Positions 1-8,802 of a DNA stretch of 64,000 bases are shown one piece after another. Source of the stretch: Myxococcota bacterium (GTDB lineage Bacteria > Myxococcota > UBA4151); the NCBI GenBank assembly GCA_040260805.1, contig JBDQPD010000001.1:4802-68801 (forward strand). The letters are read 5' to 3'. Position 1 is the stretch's first letter. Each line of letters starts with the position of its first letter. Below the pieces are notes generated by a model, which saw only the letters and a list, made by a program, of their open reading frames with translations, was not told the origin of the DNA and ran no database searches. The position numbers were made by a program, and so were the translations under genes.

Positions 1-423
1 ACCCGGAAGCTCATTCAAGACTTAGTGGCGAGCGCTGCTGGGTTTGATGAGCAGCGCGGCGACACCATTAAAGTCGCTGCGAGCCCCTTCCAAACCAAGG
101 GCACCGAGCTGCCCGAACAAGGTACCGACTTCGCCGGCATGATGCCGCTTGTGCAAGGCGTTGTCGCCGTCATTATTGCCTTGATGGTCGTCTTTATGGT
201 GGTTCGACCTCTGCTGCGCCAACTGGCGGAGATTCGACCCGAACTGGTGGAGGCTGCGGCGCTGCCTGGAACGGTAGAGGACGTCGCCAAGCGGCTTGAG
301 GAGGCTGAGCGCGAAGCCGCCAGCCGCAAGATGCTCGAACAACGCAGCGCAGTGGTTGATTATGCCACTGACGAACCCGAAAAGACGGCCGAGATTTTAC
401 GCGGCTGGTTGACTGAAGGGTAG
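1..423 (+). CDS. fliF: Flagellar M-ring protein FliF, C-terminal fragment. Frame 1 is open from base 1, so the gene continues upstream of the window.
   Basis: Open frame from base 1. Hydrophobic TM segment (VVAVIIALMVVFMVV) followed by a charged C-terminal tail. Position immediately upstream of fliG, with the stop 6 nt before the fliG start. Confidence 0.55.
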   Translation, partial: TRKLIQDLVASAAGFDEQRGDTIKVAASPFQTKGTELPEQGTDFAGMMPLVQGVVAVIIALMVVFMVVRPLLRQLAEIRPELVEAAALPGTVEDVAKRLEEAEREAASRKMLEQRSAVVDYATDEPEKTAEILRGWLTEG

Positions 424-429
424 CGAAGC

Positions 430-1416
430 GTGGCTGAAGAAGAAGGGCAAAAGCTGAGCGGCGCCCAAAAGTCAGCGATTTTGTTGTTGGCGATGGGCGA
501 GGAAGCCGCGGTCAAGGTCATGCGCAACATGCGCGATGATGAGGTCAGTCAGATCGGCGAAGCCGCTGCAGGGCTCGCTGGACTTGATGCGGTGACCGCA
601 GAACATGTTTTGGAAGAGTTCTCAGAGATTATCGGCTCGAGCTTTAACCTGACCGGTTCAGACGAGTATGTGTACCGCCTCAGCGTTCGTGCGTTCGGTG
701 AGGATAAAGCGACAAAACTGCTCAAAGAAAACGAGGGCGAAGCGCTCTTTCGAGAGCGGATTGAGCGCATTGACCCAGTGGCGCTCGCGGGGATCCTAAA
801 GAAAGAGCAACCGCAGACCATCGCCATGGTGATGAGCAGTCTAGGCACTGAGCGAGCCAGCCGGGTTTTGGTCCATTTGGACCGCGACTTGCGCCAAGAT
901 ATTGCCCTGCGTTTAGCGCACCTTGATCGCATGTCACCGGATACCTTGCGTGAGATCCAAACGGCGCTCGCCGATGAACTCGGTAACTTTGCCGCCGGTA
1001 AGGTCAATGGTCGTGAGTACGTCGCTGAGATGTTGATCGCGATGAGCCGGGACGATCGCGACGAAATTCTCAATGCGATCTCCGACACCGACGTCGAACT
1101 CGGCGAAGAGATCCGTAAGCAGATGTTCACCTTCGATGATCTGCTCAACTTAGACCCCCGTGGAATGCAGCGCTTGGGTCGTGACGTGGACAATGCGAAC
1201 TTGATGCTCGCGCTCAAGACCGCGTCCGAGCAGATGAAATCTCATTGGTTTAACTCCATGTCGTCACGTGCGGCTCAAATGCTTCAAGAGGATCTTGAGG
1301 CGATGGGGCCTGCGCGACTTCGTGAGGTGGAAGATGCGCAGCAAAAAATTGTGCAAACGGCGCTGTCCTTAGCTGAAGCTGGCGAGCTCGATCTCGGCGG
1401 CGATGAGATGGTGTGA
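430..1416 (+). CDS. fliG: Flagellar motor switch protein FliG
   Basis: 328 aa. N-term KSAILLLAMGEEAAVKVM and the overall helical/armadillo pattern are typical of FliG. Synteny fliF-fliG-fliH. Confidence 0.9.
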   Translation: MAEEEGQKLSGAQKSAILLLAMGEEAAVKVMRNMRDDEVSQIGEAAAGLAGLDAVTAEHVLEEFSEIIGSSFNLTGSDEYVYRLSVRAFGEDKATKLLKENEGEALFRERIERIDPVALAGILKKEQPQTIAMVMSSLGTERASRVLVHLDRDLRQDIALRLAHLDRMSPDTLREIQTALADELGNFAAGKVNGREYVAEMLIAMSRDDRDEILNAISDTDVELGEEIRKQMFTFDDLLNLDPRGMQRLGRDVDNANLMLALKTASEQMKSHWFNSMSSRAAQMLQEDLEAMGPARLREVEDAQQKIVQTALSLAEAGELDLGGDEMV

Positions 1417-2246
1417 ACATGGTTAAGCAGCAACGCCAAAGGACAGGTTCGATCCTGCGCGACGTCGACGATGACCAGATCAAAGAGACCCTCTTTGGTG
1501 CGTCGTTGCCTGGCGCTGGAGAGGTTCAGCCATTGGACCTGCCTCAGTCGGTTGTCAGCGAGCCACAAGACGAGCCTTTAGACCCTCGCAACTTAGCGCT
1601 TTTGGTTCGACCCGAGCGCTACCAAGAGCGGGTCGCTCGCCAACAAGCTGACCTCGCTGATCAAGCGCAGCAATTAGCTGACCGTGTTAAGGTGTTTGAG
1701 GCGCGTGAGCAGCAACTTGCCGAGCGCGAGCAAGAGCTTACAGATCGCCAGGCAGAGCTTGAGTCGTTGGTCCTAAACGCCGTGGAAGAGCGCGTTGAGC
1801 AATTGAGCGAGGAGCGCTTGGGAGACGACCGCGCACGCCTCGTCGCAAGCGTGACACAGCTTGAGGCGGTGTCTCATGGTTTGTTGGATCAAGCGCGTCT
1901 GGACCTGTTGGAGTTAGCGGTCAAGATCGCGTCAAAGGTAGTCGGTGCAGAGCTTGAGGCGCGTCCGCAGTTGCTGGTCGGCCTGATCCGCTCAGCGTTA
2001 GAATCAGCGACTCCAACCGGGCAAGTTACGCTGAAGCTTCACCCCAAAGACCACGCGATCCTCAGCCGTCGCGGACCCAAGGTCCTGGGGCGTTTGCCTG
2101 CCGGTGTTCAGATCCAACTCGCAGCGGATGAATCCGTTGATCGGGGCGGCGTCATCATCGTTTCTCAAGCGGGCCGGCTTGACGCTCGGATCAGTGAGCG
2201 CCTGCAGCGCGTTGGCGCTCAACTGGCTGAGATTGCGGAGCGCTAG
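1413..2246 (+). CDS. fliH: Flagellar assembly protein FliH
   Basis: 277 aa with Glu/Arg/Gln-rich coiled coil followed by a FliH/ATPase-b-like C-terminal domain. Overlaps the fliG stop (ATGA-type coupling) and precedes fliI. Confidence 0.65.
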   Translation: MNMVKQQRQRTGSILRDVDDDQIKETLFGASLPGAGEVQPLDLPQSVVSEPQDEPLDPRNLALLVRPERYQERVARQQADLADQAQQLADRVKVFEAREQQLAEREQELTDRQAELESLVLNAVEERVEQLSEERLGDDRARLVASVTQLEAVSHGLLDQARLDLLELAVKIASKVVGAELEARPQLLVGLIRSALESATPTGQVTLKLHPKDHAILSRRGPKVLGRLPAGVQIQLAADESVDRGGVIIVSQAGRLDARISERLQRVGAQLAEIAER

Positions 2247-2249
2247 GCG

Positions 2250-3581
2250 ATGGCTTTAGGCGCTCGTATTTTCGATTTTGATCGAGTGGATGAACTGCTC
2301 GCTGACGCTGAGCCTTTACCTCGGCGTGGCCAGGTTCTCAGAGCCTCGTCACATCTGATCACGGTGGATTTACCTGGCGTCAAAGTGGGACAGCAGGTGG
2401 TCTTGGGAAATCCGTCTGGGGGGCGTCTTGGTGAGGTTGTTGCGGTCGAGCAGCGTCGCGCCTTGGTGATGCCCTACTCAGCGGTCTCTGGTGTGAGTTC
2501 AGGGATGGCTGTCGAGGCAAAGCCTCGGGTTGACCGAGTGGCTGTGGGCAGCGCGTTCCTTGGCCGGGTTGTTGACTCCCTAGGCAGACCGCTCGACGGC
2601 TTGCCGGCGCCGAGCGTGCAAGCCCGGCGTCCGCTTCGAGCGGAGGCACCCAACCCTTTGAGCCGCCGAAGTATTGATCGGGTGATCCCGGTCGGGGTGC
2701 GCGTGGTGGATGCATTGTGTACGCTCGGCGAGGGTCAGCGGGTAGGTATCTTTGCGGGCTCGGGTGTGGGCAAGTCGACGCTGCTCGGTATGATGGCGCG
2801 CCATGCAGAATGCGACGCCGTGGTGATCGCTTTAGTCGGCGAGCGTGGTCGCGAGGTGCGCGAGTTCATTGAGCGCGATTTAGGACCTGACGGTCGTGAG
2901 CGTTCGGCGATGGTGGTCGCGACCTCTGATAAGAGCCCCGTCCTGCGCATTCGCGCGGCTGAGTATGCGGTCGCTTTAGCCGAGCAGCTCCGGGATGAAG
3001 GCCAGCGGGTTTTGTTCTTGATGGATTCGGTAACTCGTTACGCCCACGCGCTGCGCGAGGTCGGTTTAGCGTCGCATGAGCCGCCCGCGACGCGTGGGTA
3101 TCCGCCCTCAGTCTTTGCCGCTATTCCGGCGTTACTTGAGCGACTTGGAAATCATGATGGCCCGGGTTCAATCACTGCGCTGGTGACGGTCTTGGTCGAA
3201 GGTGATGATCTTGATGAGCCTATTTCGGACACGGTACGCGGCGTCCTTGATGGTCACCTGGTGCTGAGTCGGCAGCTCGCAGAGCAGGCGGTTTGGCCGG
3301 CGCTTGATCCCTTGGTGAGCCTCAGCCGCTTAGCGGCGCAGATCACCAGTCCAGAGCACCGAGTTGCAGCTCAGCGTTTTCGAACGTTGATGGCACGCTA
3401 TCGCAGCGCCGAAGAGCTCATTCGCTTGGGCGCGTACACTACCGGGAGCGATCCTGAGGTCGATTTCATGGTTGAGCGGCGTGCGCAAACGCAGGCGCTT
3501 CTTTGCCAGATGGCTGATGAGTCTTCGGATTTTGAGGTCACGATATCGGCTCTGACCGCGTTGTTGGAAGGTGCCCCATGA
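2250..3581 (+). CDS. fliI: Flagellum-specific ATP synthase FliI
   Basis: 443 aa. Walker A GSGVGKST, Walker B VLFLMDS, F1/T3SS ATPase fold pattern. Confidence 0.92.
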   Translation: MALGARIFDFDRVDELLADAEPLPRRGQVLRASSHLITVDLPGVKVGQQVVLGNPSGGRLGEVVAVEQRRALVMPYSAVSGVSSGMAVEAKPRVDRVAVGSAFLGRVVDSLGRPLDGLPAPSVQARRPLRAEAPNPLSRRSIDRVIPVGVRVVDALCTLGEGQRVGIFAGSGVGKSTLLGMMARHAECDAVVIALVGERGREVREFIERDLGPDGRERSAMVVATSDKSPVLRIRAAEYAVALAEQLRDEGQRVLFLMDSVTRYAHALREVGLASHEPPATRGYPPSVFAAIPALLERLGNHDGPGSITALVTVLVEGDDLDEPISDTVRGVLDGHLVLSRQLAEQAVWPALDPLVSLSRLAAQITSPEHRVAAQRFRTLMARYRSAEELIRLGAYTTGSDPEVDFMVERRAQTQALLCQMADESSDFEVTISALTALLEGAP

Positions 3582-4270
3582 AAGCCTGGTTATTGGTTGC
3601 CGTCGCCGCGCCGGTCTTGGTAGCGGCTCCTTTTGCGTTGCCTATTCTAGCGCAGGATCAAGCAGCGGCTCAGGGTCAAGCGGAGGCGAAAGCCGAAAAA
3701 ACGGACAAGAAAAGCACGGAAACCCCCGAAGAAGCAGCGACCGCAAAAGAAGAAGCAGAGCTCGCTTCTGAACGAAGAAAAAGAGCGATTATCAATGAGG
3801 TAGTGCGGTGCCCTAAGCGCCCCACAGAGAACCAATTTAGGACCTACAACCTATTTAACGATCAGATGCTCAAGCTCAAGCAGCGGCGCGCGCGGCAAGA
3901 AGCTGCAGAGCGTCGACTCACCGACTTGCAAAGGCAGATTCTCGCCAACCGAGAAGAATTACTAAAACTTCAGCGGCTTCTTGACGAAAAACTGACTGAT
4001 AAGGAGGTCAAGGAAGCTGAAGCGCGTGCGGAGCGCATCCGCAAACTGGTTAAGATCCTTGAGGTGATGCAGCCAGCAGCCGGGGCAAAAACAGCAACAG
4101 GTATTACCATGGAACTTTTGGTGGAACTGTTGCTGCGTATGAAACCCAAAAAGGCAGCCGCTATTCTCAACTTGGTGCCAGGCCCTTTAGCTTCTCGAAC
4201 CTTCGAAGAGGTAAGCAACCGGAAGAAGGGCTTGATCGAAGCGCTTCTCGAACGAGTCGGGGGACCGTAA
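3578..4270 (+). CDS. Flagellar-operon protein with predicted signal peptide, Lys/Glu coiled coil and MgtE-N/FliG-like helical C-terminus (YlxF/MotE-like). It sits where fliJ would be expected.
   Basis: N-term MKAWLLVAVAAPVLVAAPFALPILAQ looks like a signal peptide. C-term ELLVELLLRMKPKKAAAILNLVPGPLASRTFEEV resembles an MgtE_N-type helical repeat. Overlaps the fliI stop. Confidence 0.35.
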   Translation: MKAWLLVAVAAPVLVAAPFALPILAQDQAAAQGQAEAKAEKTDKKSTETPEEAATAKEEAELASERRKRAIINEVVRCPKRPTENQFRTYNLFNDQMLKLKQRRARQEAAERRLTDLQRQILANREELLKLQRLLDEKLTDKEVKEAEARAERIRKLVKILEVMQPAAGAKTATGITMELLVELLLRMKPKKAAAILNLVPGPLASRTFEEVSNRKKGLIEALLERVGGP

Positions 4271-5367
4271 TGCGCGTTGAAGCACCAGTCTTTGCATTTG
4301 AACCGACGAAACTAAAGACCACGCAGCCGGCGCGATCCGCAAAGTTTGAAACTGTTTTGGCTGAGCGAGTAGCGCCGCAACGCAACGAAGCTGCGAGCGC
4401 ACCGGCAGCCCTTGACGCAAGCAGCGAAGTAGAGGCTGAAGAGCCCGCTCACGATAACGAGCTGGGTGATATGGTTGATGACCAACCAAGCCAACAAGCC
4501 CAAGGCGATGAGGCGGGCGAGCAGTCCGAACAAGAAGACGCCAATTTTTCAGCAGAAATGATCGATGAAATGACGCTTGAGGAGCTTGAGTTCGCGTCGG
4601 GCGAAGACCTCCTTATTCAAGACACTGACCTTCTCGAAGCCCAAGCCTTGGCGGCTCCGTTGGCCGTTGCGATTCCTCTCGAAGCGCTCACCGAAGCCGG
4701 CACGCTGCAGCGAACAGAAGCTCCGCTCGCTAACGCCTGGTCACAGGCATTTAGCGCCCAGCCCGTTGAGGCGGACGTGGTCAACCCCGATGCTGCGCTG
4801 CTCAGCGCTGAAGAGCAATCGAGTCAGCTGATAGCGACTGCAGAGTTGTCGGGGGGAAGCGTTCGATTGCCTGAGGGCATGGTGGCCATCCAGCCAGAGC
4901 TTTTGGCGCCGCTTGACTTGGCAAAACCTCAAGCGATGGAACGGCTTCAGGATTTGGTCGAGTTCCAAATACGAGCGAGCAAGAGCCCCAATGGAGCCAA
5001 GCAGCTCAGCTTGACGCTCAACCCCGAGGGGCTCGGTAGGTTGCGGATTTTAGCGCAAACCGACGGCGATAAGATGCGGGTCATGCTCAAGGTTGAGCAG
5101 GGTGATGCGGCTCGGTTGATCGAGCGAGTGCTGCCCCACCTTGAGGCGCAGATCGCAGCCTCGGTGGCGATGCCTGTTGAGTTCGAGTTGGTTCAAGAAG
5201 AGATCTTAGGAAACGATGCTGGCCTTCAACTCGGTGAGTTTGCCGACCAAGAAGGCGATTCAGAGCAAGCTGATTCTGGCGAGGAAGGTGACCTCGTCGA
5301 TCAGTGGACCAAACACCTAGAAGAGCCTGTACTTGATCTAGGTCAAACCCTTCACGTGGTGGCTTGA
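4270..5367 (+). CDS. fliK: Flagellar hook-length control protein FliK
   Basis: 365 aa. Acidic/Ala/Pro-rich N-terminal region. C-terminal Flg_hook-like segment LSLTLNPEGLGRLRILAQTDGDKMRVMLKVEQGDAARLIE. Position before flgD. Confidence 0.6.
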   Translation: MRVEAPVFAFEPTKLKTTQPARSAKFETVLAERVAPQRNEAASAPAALDASSEVEAEEPAHDNELGDMVDDQPSQQAQGDEAGEQSEQEDANFSAEMIDEMTLEELEFASGEDLLIQDTDLLEAQALAAPLAVAIPLEALTEAGTLQRTEAPLANAWSQAFSAQPVEADVVNPDAALLSAEEQSSQLIATAELSGGSVRLPEGMVAIQPELLAPLDLAKPQAMERLQDLVEFQIRASKSPNGAKQLSLTLNPEGLGRLRILAQTDGDKMRVMLKVEQGDAARLIERVLPHLEAQIAASVAMPVEFELVQEEILGNDAGLQLGEFADQEGDSEQADSGEEGDLVDQWTKHLEEPVLDLGQTLHVVA

Positions 5368-5368
5368 T

Positions 5369-6034
5369 ATGCCGATTTCAGCGAGTCAGACCGATTTTCT
5401 TTTGCAGCCTGGTAACCGCCCACAAGATGTGGCGAAAAAGGACCTCGACCGTGAGGCGTTCCTAAAGTTGCTGGTGGCGCAGCTCAAACATCAAGATCCG
5501 CTCGAGCCGATGGAAGATGTCCAGTTCATCTCTCAGCTCACGCAGTTCTCGAATCTTGAGCAGGTGATGAAGACCAACACGAAACTCGATGAGTTATCGA
5601 TCGCTGCTGGCGCTGAGATTTCGAGCCAAGCGGTCAATATGGTCGGTCGTACAGTGGTCGTTCCTGGTGATCGCTTGACGCTGCCCGAAGAGGGTGAGGT
5701 TGAACTCAAGATTGAGGTGCCGACGACGATCGCTGGTGGTGAGGTTGCGGTGTTTAGCGAAGAGGGCCGTTTGGTCCGACGCATCCCGCTTAATCCTTCC
5801 AACGTGGGTCGCGGCTCGGCTATGTGGGATGGTCGCGATGAGCAAGGCGTTCGTATGCCGCCAGGCGAATATACAGTGCGCGCAACCGGCGTGACCCCGT
5901 CAGGGTCAGAAATTCAGATGGGTGTGCTTGCGCCTGCGCGGGTTGACGCAGTGGTCTGGCAAGAGGGGGTACCGATGCTGCGCATGGCTGATCGGCTGGT
6001 TCCTTTGTCTTCGGTGCGCGAGGTTTGGGAATAG
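5369..6034 (+). CDS. flgD: Flagellar hook capping/assembly protein FlgD
   Basis: N-term DREAFLKLLVAQLKHQDPLEPMEDVQFISQLTQFSNLEQ is the FlgD signature. C-terminal Ig-like domain. Confidence 0.85.
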   Translation: MPISASQTDFLLQPGNRPQDVAKKDLDREAFLKLLVAQLKHQDPLEPMEDVQFISQLTQFSNLEQVMKTNTKLDELSIAAGAEISSQAVNMVGRTVVVPGDRLTLPEEGEVELKIEVPTTIAGGEVAVFSEEGRLVRRIPLNPSNVGRGSAMWDGRDEQGVRMPPGEYTVRATGVTPSGSEIQMGVLAPARVDAVVWQEGVPMLRMADRLVPLSSVREVWE

Positions 6035-6181
6035 CCGAACCGCTCGAACCGGCACCACGATAACTATGCGGGCTCGTTTGGTTAGCGAGTTCGTCATTTT
6101 TTTGGCTCATCTCCTCGATAAAATAGCGATATTTCCGATAAATAAAGCGCTTAATGCTAAACTTGAACAGCGCTCGACCCG

Positions 6182-6613
6182 TTGTCTGAATCGGTCCCAT
6201 TTTGGAGCATTGATCGTTTGGACTCGCTTCGGTTGATTCAGCCACCTCAACGCGTCGAACCTAGATCAGGTGAACCGAGGGTTCATGGGCGCGCTGGCGT
6301 AGGATCAGCATTCTCCGAGGTGCTTGCGCGCGCCGTGGCGCGCCGTGAGCCTGTTCATGTGGGCGCCGAAGTTCGCGATCGCTTGCAGCAAAACGGTGTC
6401 GAATGGACCCCTGAACTCCAAGGACAGCTTGGCGAGGTGATGGGGCGCTTTGTTCAGCGTGGAAACAGCCGCGGTTTGGTCATGCACGATGAGCGTGCGT
6501 TCGTGCTTTCAGTCCCTGAGCGCGAGCTTGTGGATGTGGTGAGTGCGCGGGACCTAGGGACCGCTGTAGTGGATGGAATTGACGCTTTTGCCTTGGTGGC
6601 GAGAGAATTTTAG
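6182..6613 (+). CDS. Hypothetical protein encoded between flgD and flgE (candidate small conserved flagellar-operon protein)
   Basis: 143-aa ORF with no recognisable motif. Location inside the flagellar operon. Its stop lies 10 nt before the flgE start. Confidence 0.3.
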   Translation: MSESVPFWSIDRLDSLRLIQPPQRVEPRSGEPRVHGRAGVGSAFSEVLARAVARREPVHVGAEVRDRLQQNGVEWTPELQGQLGEVMGRFVQRGNSRGLVMHDERAFVLSVPERELVDVVSARDLGTAVVDGIDAFALVAREF

Positions 6614-6623
6614 GAGGGCGTTT

Positions 6624-7907
6624 ATGTCCCTGTTTAGTACTTTGTATATCGGCGTTTCGGGCATGTCTACGAACGGATCAGGCATTGAGATCGCTGGTGA
6701 CAATATCGCCAACGTGAACACCGTTGGGTTTAAGCGCACGCGCGCAAACTTTGGTGACGTCATCAAGGAGTCTCTTGAGTCGTCGGGGTCGTCGTCCGGC
6801 ATCGGCTCGGGTTCAGTCTTGCTCGGCGTTTCGCGAATGTACGCTCAGGGTGCCATGGTGGGCACAGGAAACAATCTCGACCTCGCCATCTCCGGCGAAG
6901 GCTTCTTTGTGGTCAACGCCAACGCTGGCATCGATGACGTGACTCTGGCTTACACGCGCGCTGGGCAGTTCAGCATCGACAAGGATGGATTCATTGTTAA
7001 TGAATCCAACTATCGCCTCCAGGGGCATATCGCCGATGCGGACGGGAACCTCACGCGTACCGTCTCGGACCTGAAGATCGCCCTTGAGAACATTCAGCCC
7101 AAGGCGACCAGTGACATCGCCTTGAAAATGAACCTCGATAACCGGGTCCCGATCAACGCCAACTTTGACCCCAACGACGCCGACACCACCAGTGACTACA
7201 CCGCCACCGTGACCATCTATGATTCAGTCGGTAAAGCCTACGATGCGCGAGTGTACTTCGAGCACGTCAACCCAGTGGCGCCCGCCGCCGACAGTTGGGA
7301 TGTGCACGTCATGGTTGGGAACAATGAAGTACTGACCCACCAGCTCGGTTTTGATAACACCGGCGCGCTCGTGGTGTCGAACCGTGCCGGCGGTAACTGG
7401 AACCCTGACGCCCCCGCCGCGCAGAATGTTGCGCTCACCTTTGACCCCGGCTTGCTGCGCAACCCGCCGGTGACGTCAGGCCTTGAAGGTATCACGTCAT
7501 TCGCAAGCCCATCGACGGTGCTGAGCCAAAGCCAGGACGGTTTTGCGGCGGGCTCTTTGGTCGGCATCGACATCGACAAACAGGGAGTGATGAACGCTCG
7601 TTATTCCAACGGTCGAACCTTTCAGAGCGGCCGCGTGATCTTGGCGAAGTTCAATTCGAAAGACGGATTGCGTCGCGTCGGAGATAATCTCTACCGGCAA
7701 ACTCAAGAGTCGGGCCCTGCAGCGCTCGCCGAAGCCGCCACCGGTGGTCGCGGTGTGGTGCACCAGGCGACGCTTGAGCAAAGCAACGTCGATATCTCTG
7801 AGGAGTTTATCGATATGATTCGATTCCAGCGTGCGTTCCAGGCGAACTCACGCACCGTGACGACGACCGATGAATTGTTGGTCGAAGTGGTCAATCTGAA
7901 GCGCTAA
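6624..7907 (+). CDS. flgE: Flagellar hook protein FlgE
   Basis: Start chosen at ATG 6624 (MSLFSTLYIGVSGMSTNGSGIEIAGDNIANVNTVGFKR = Flg_bb_rod N-domain), with AGGAGG-like RBS upstream. C-term DELLVEVVNLKR is a flagellar-rod C-terminal heptad. Confidence 0.85.
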   Translation: MSLFSTLYIGVSGMSTNGSGIEIAGDNIANVNTVGFKRTRANFGDVIKESLESSGSSSGIGSGSVLLGVSRMYAQGAMVGTGNNLDLAISGEGFFVVNANAGIDDVTLAYTRAGQFSIDKDGFIVNESNYRLQGHIADADGNLTRTVSDLKIALENIQPKATSDIALKMNLDNRVPINANFDPNDADTTSDYTATVTIYDSVGKAYDARVYFEHVNPVAPAADSWDVHVMVGNNEVLTHQLGFDNTGALVVSNRAGGNWNPDAPAAQNVALTFDPGLLRNPPVTSGLEGITSFASPSTVLSQSQDGFAAGSLVGIDIDKQGVMNARYSNGRTFQSGRVILAKFNSKDGLRRVGDNLYRQTQESGPAALAEAATGGRGVVHQATLEQSNVDISEEFIDMIRFQRAFQANSRTVTTTDELLVEVVNLKR

Positions 7908-8802
7908 TCGCTGAGCTAGTCGCTAACTTTAGTGCAGTTTCGAAGGCGATGCGGGTGCTCCCCGGATCGCCTTCGTTGTTTTTAGCCAAGTCGTACCCGG
8001 TGCCATGGTCTGGGCTGGTGCGTACAAAAGGTAAACCGAGCGATATTTGGCAGGCGCGGTTGGCGGTTAAGGCTTTGAAGGGCGCAAGACCTTGGTCGTG
8101 ATAAAGCGCGAGGATGGCTTCTGCGTCGTCCCAGCGAGCGAACAGCCCATCGGCGGGTACAAAGCCTCGGCAAGGGATACCGTCGTCCTGAACAGCGCTC
8201 AGCGCACAAGCCCAACCAAGCTCTTCTACTCCGAGCATCCCTTCTTCACCTGCGTGGGGGTTCAACCCGCACACTGCGATGGGCTTACCGCTCGCTTGAT
8301 GCAGAGCTTGAGCAGCATAGCGCAAGCGTTCGGGAGTAATAGCCTGGGGAACTTGGTGCAGTGCGATATGATCGGTCACCAGACCAACCCAGCGCTCGCC
8401 CGAGCGAAAGCTCATCACAAGTTCCGATTGCGGGTAGCGGGCGCGAAAAAGTTCGGTATGCCCGGCGTGGTCCATCCCTGCGGATCTAAGCTGCGCCTTG
8501 TTCACCGGTAGGGTCACCAGCGCGTCGGCGGCGCCTTGGTCCATGACGTCCAGAGCTTGAAGCAGGGCATCGGCTTGAATCTGCGCACCTACCTGGCAGG
8601 GGACTCCGGGCTCTGTCTGACCGTCTTGGGTACCAATTAGTCGCCGATTAGAGCGCTCTATGATGCCCAGGTCGCGCCAGAGCTGAGGCGGCCCGGTCAG
8701 CAGCGTAGTCCAAGCCTTCGCTGGAGCTGAGTTCAACACCTCTACAGCCAGTCTGGGGCCAAGGCCTGAGGGGTCCCCGCAGCTGACGACGATCGTGGTC
8801 AT
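7891..8802 (-). CDS. pdxA: 4-hydroxythreonine-4-phosphate dehydrogenase PdxA
   Basis: 303 aa. N-term IVVSCGDPSGLGP. HAGHTELF and DHGTGYDLA metal/NAD-site motifs. Classic surA-pdxA linkage. Confidence 0.9.
   Translation of the reverse strand: MTTIVVSCGDPSGLGPRLAVEVLNSAPAKAWTTLLTGPPQLWRDLGIIERSNRRLIGTQDGQTEPGVPCQVGAQIQADALLQALDVMDQGAADALVTLPVNKAQLRSAGMDHAGHTELFRARYPQSELVMSFRSGERWVGLVTDHIALHQVPQAITPERLRYAAQALHQASGKPIAVCGLNPHAGEEGMLGVEELGWACALSAVQDDGIPCRGFVPADGLFARWDDAEAILALYHDQGLAPFKALTANRACQISLGLPFVRTSPDHGTGYDLAKNNEGDPGSTRIAFETALKLATSSAISASD

Noticed and set aside
549-1217. 222-aa minus-strand ORF antisense to fliG. Similar long antisense ORFs lie inside dnaE, the TIG gene, the MMPL gene and others.
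   Set aside because: These are typical spurious open frames of GC-rich DNA. They are rich in Arg/Ser/Ala/Pro, lack motifs and sit fully inside well-supported genes.
6119-6141. Sigma-28-like promoter (TAAA ... CCGATAA)
   Set aside because: The -10-like CCGATAA is present, but the -35/-10 spacing is ~4 nt shorter than the consensus. It is reported only as a low-interest observation, not as a feature.
7891-7907. 17-nt convergent overlap of the flgE and pdxA 3' ends
   Set aside because: This follows simply from the dense packing. It is noted as part of the operon finding, and no separate function is proposed.
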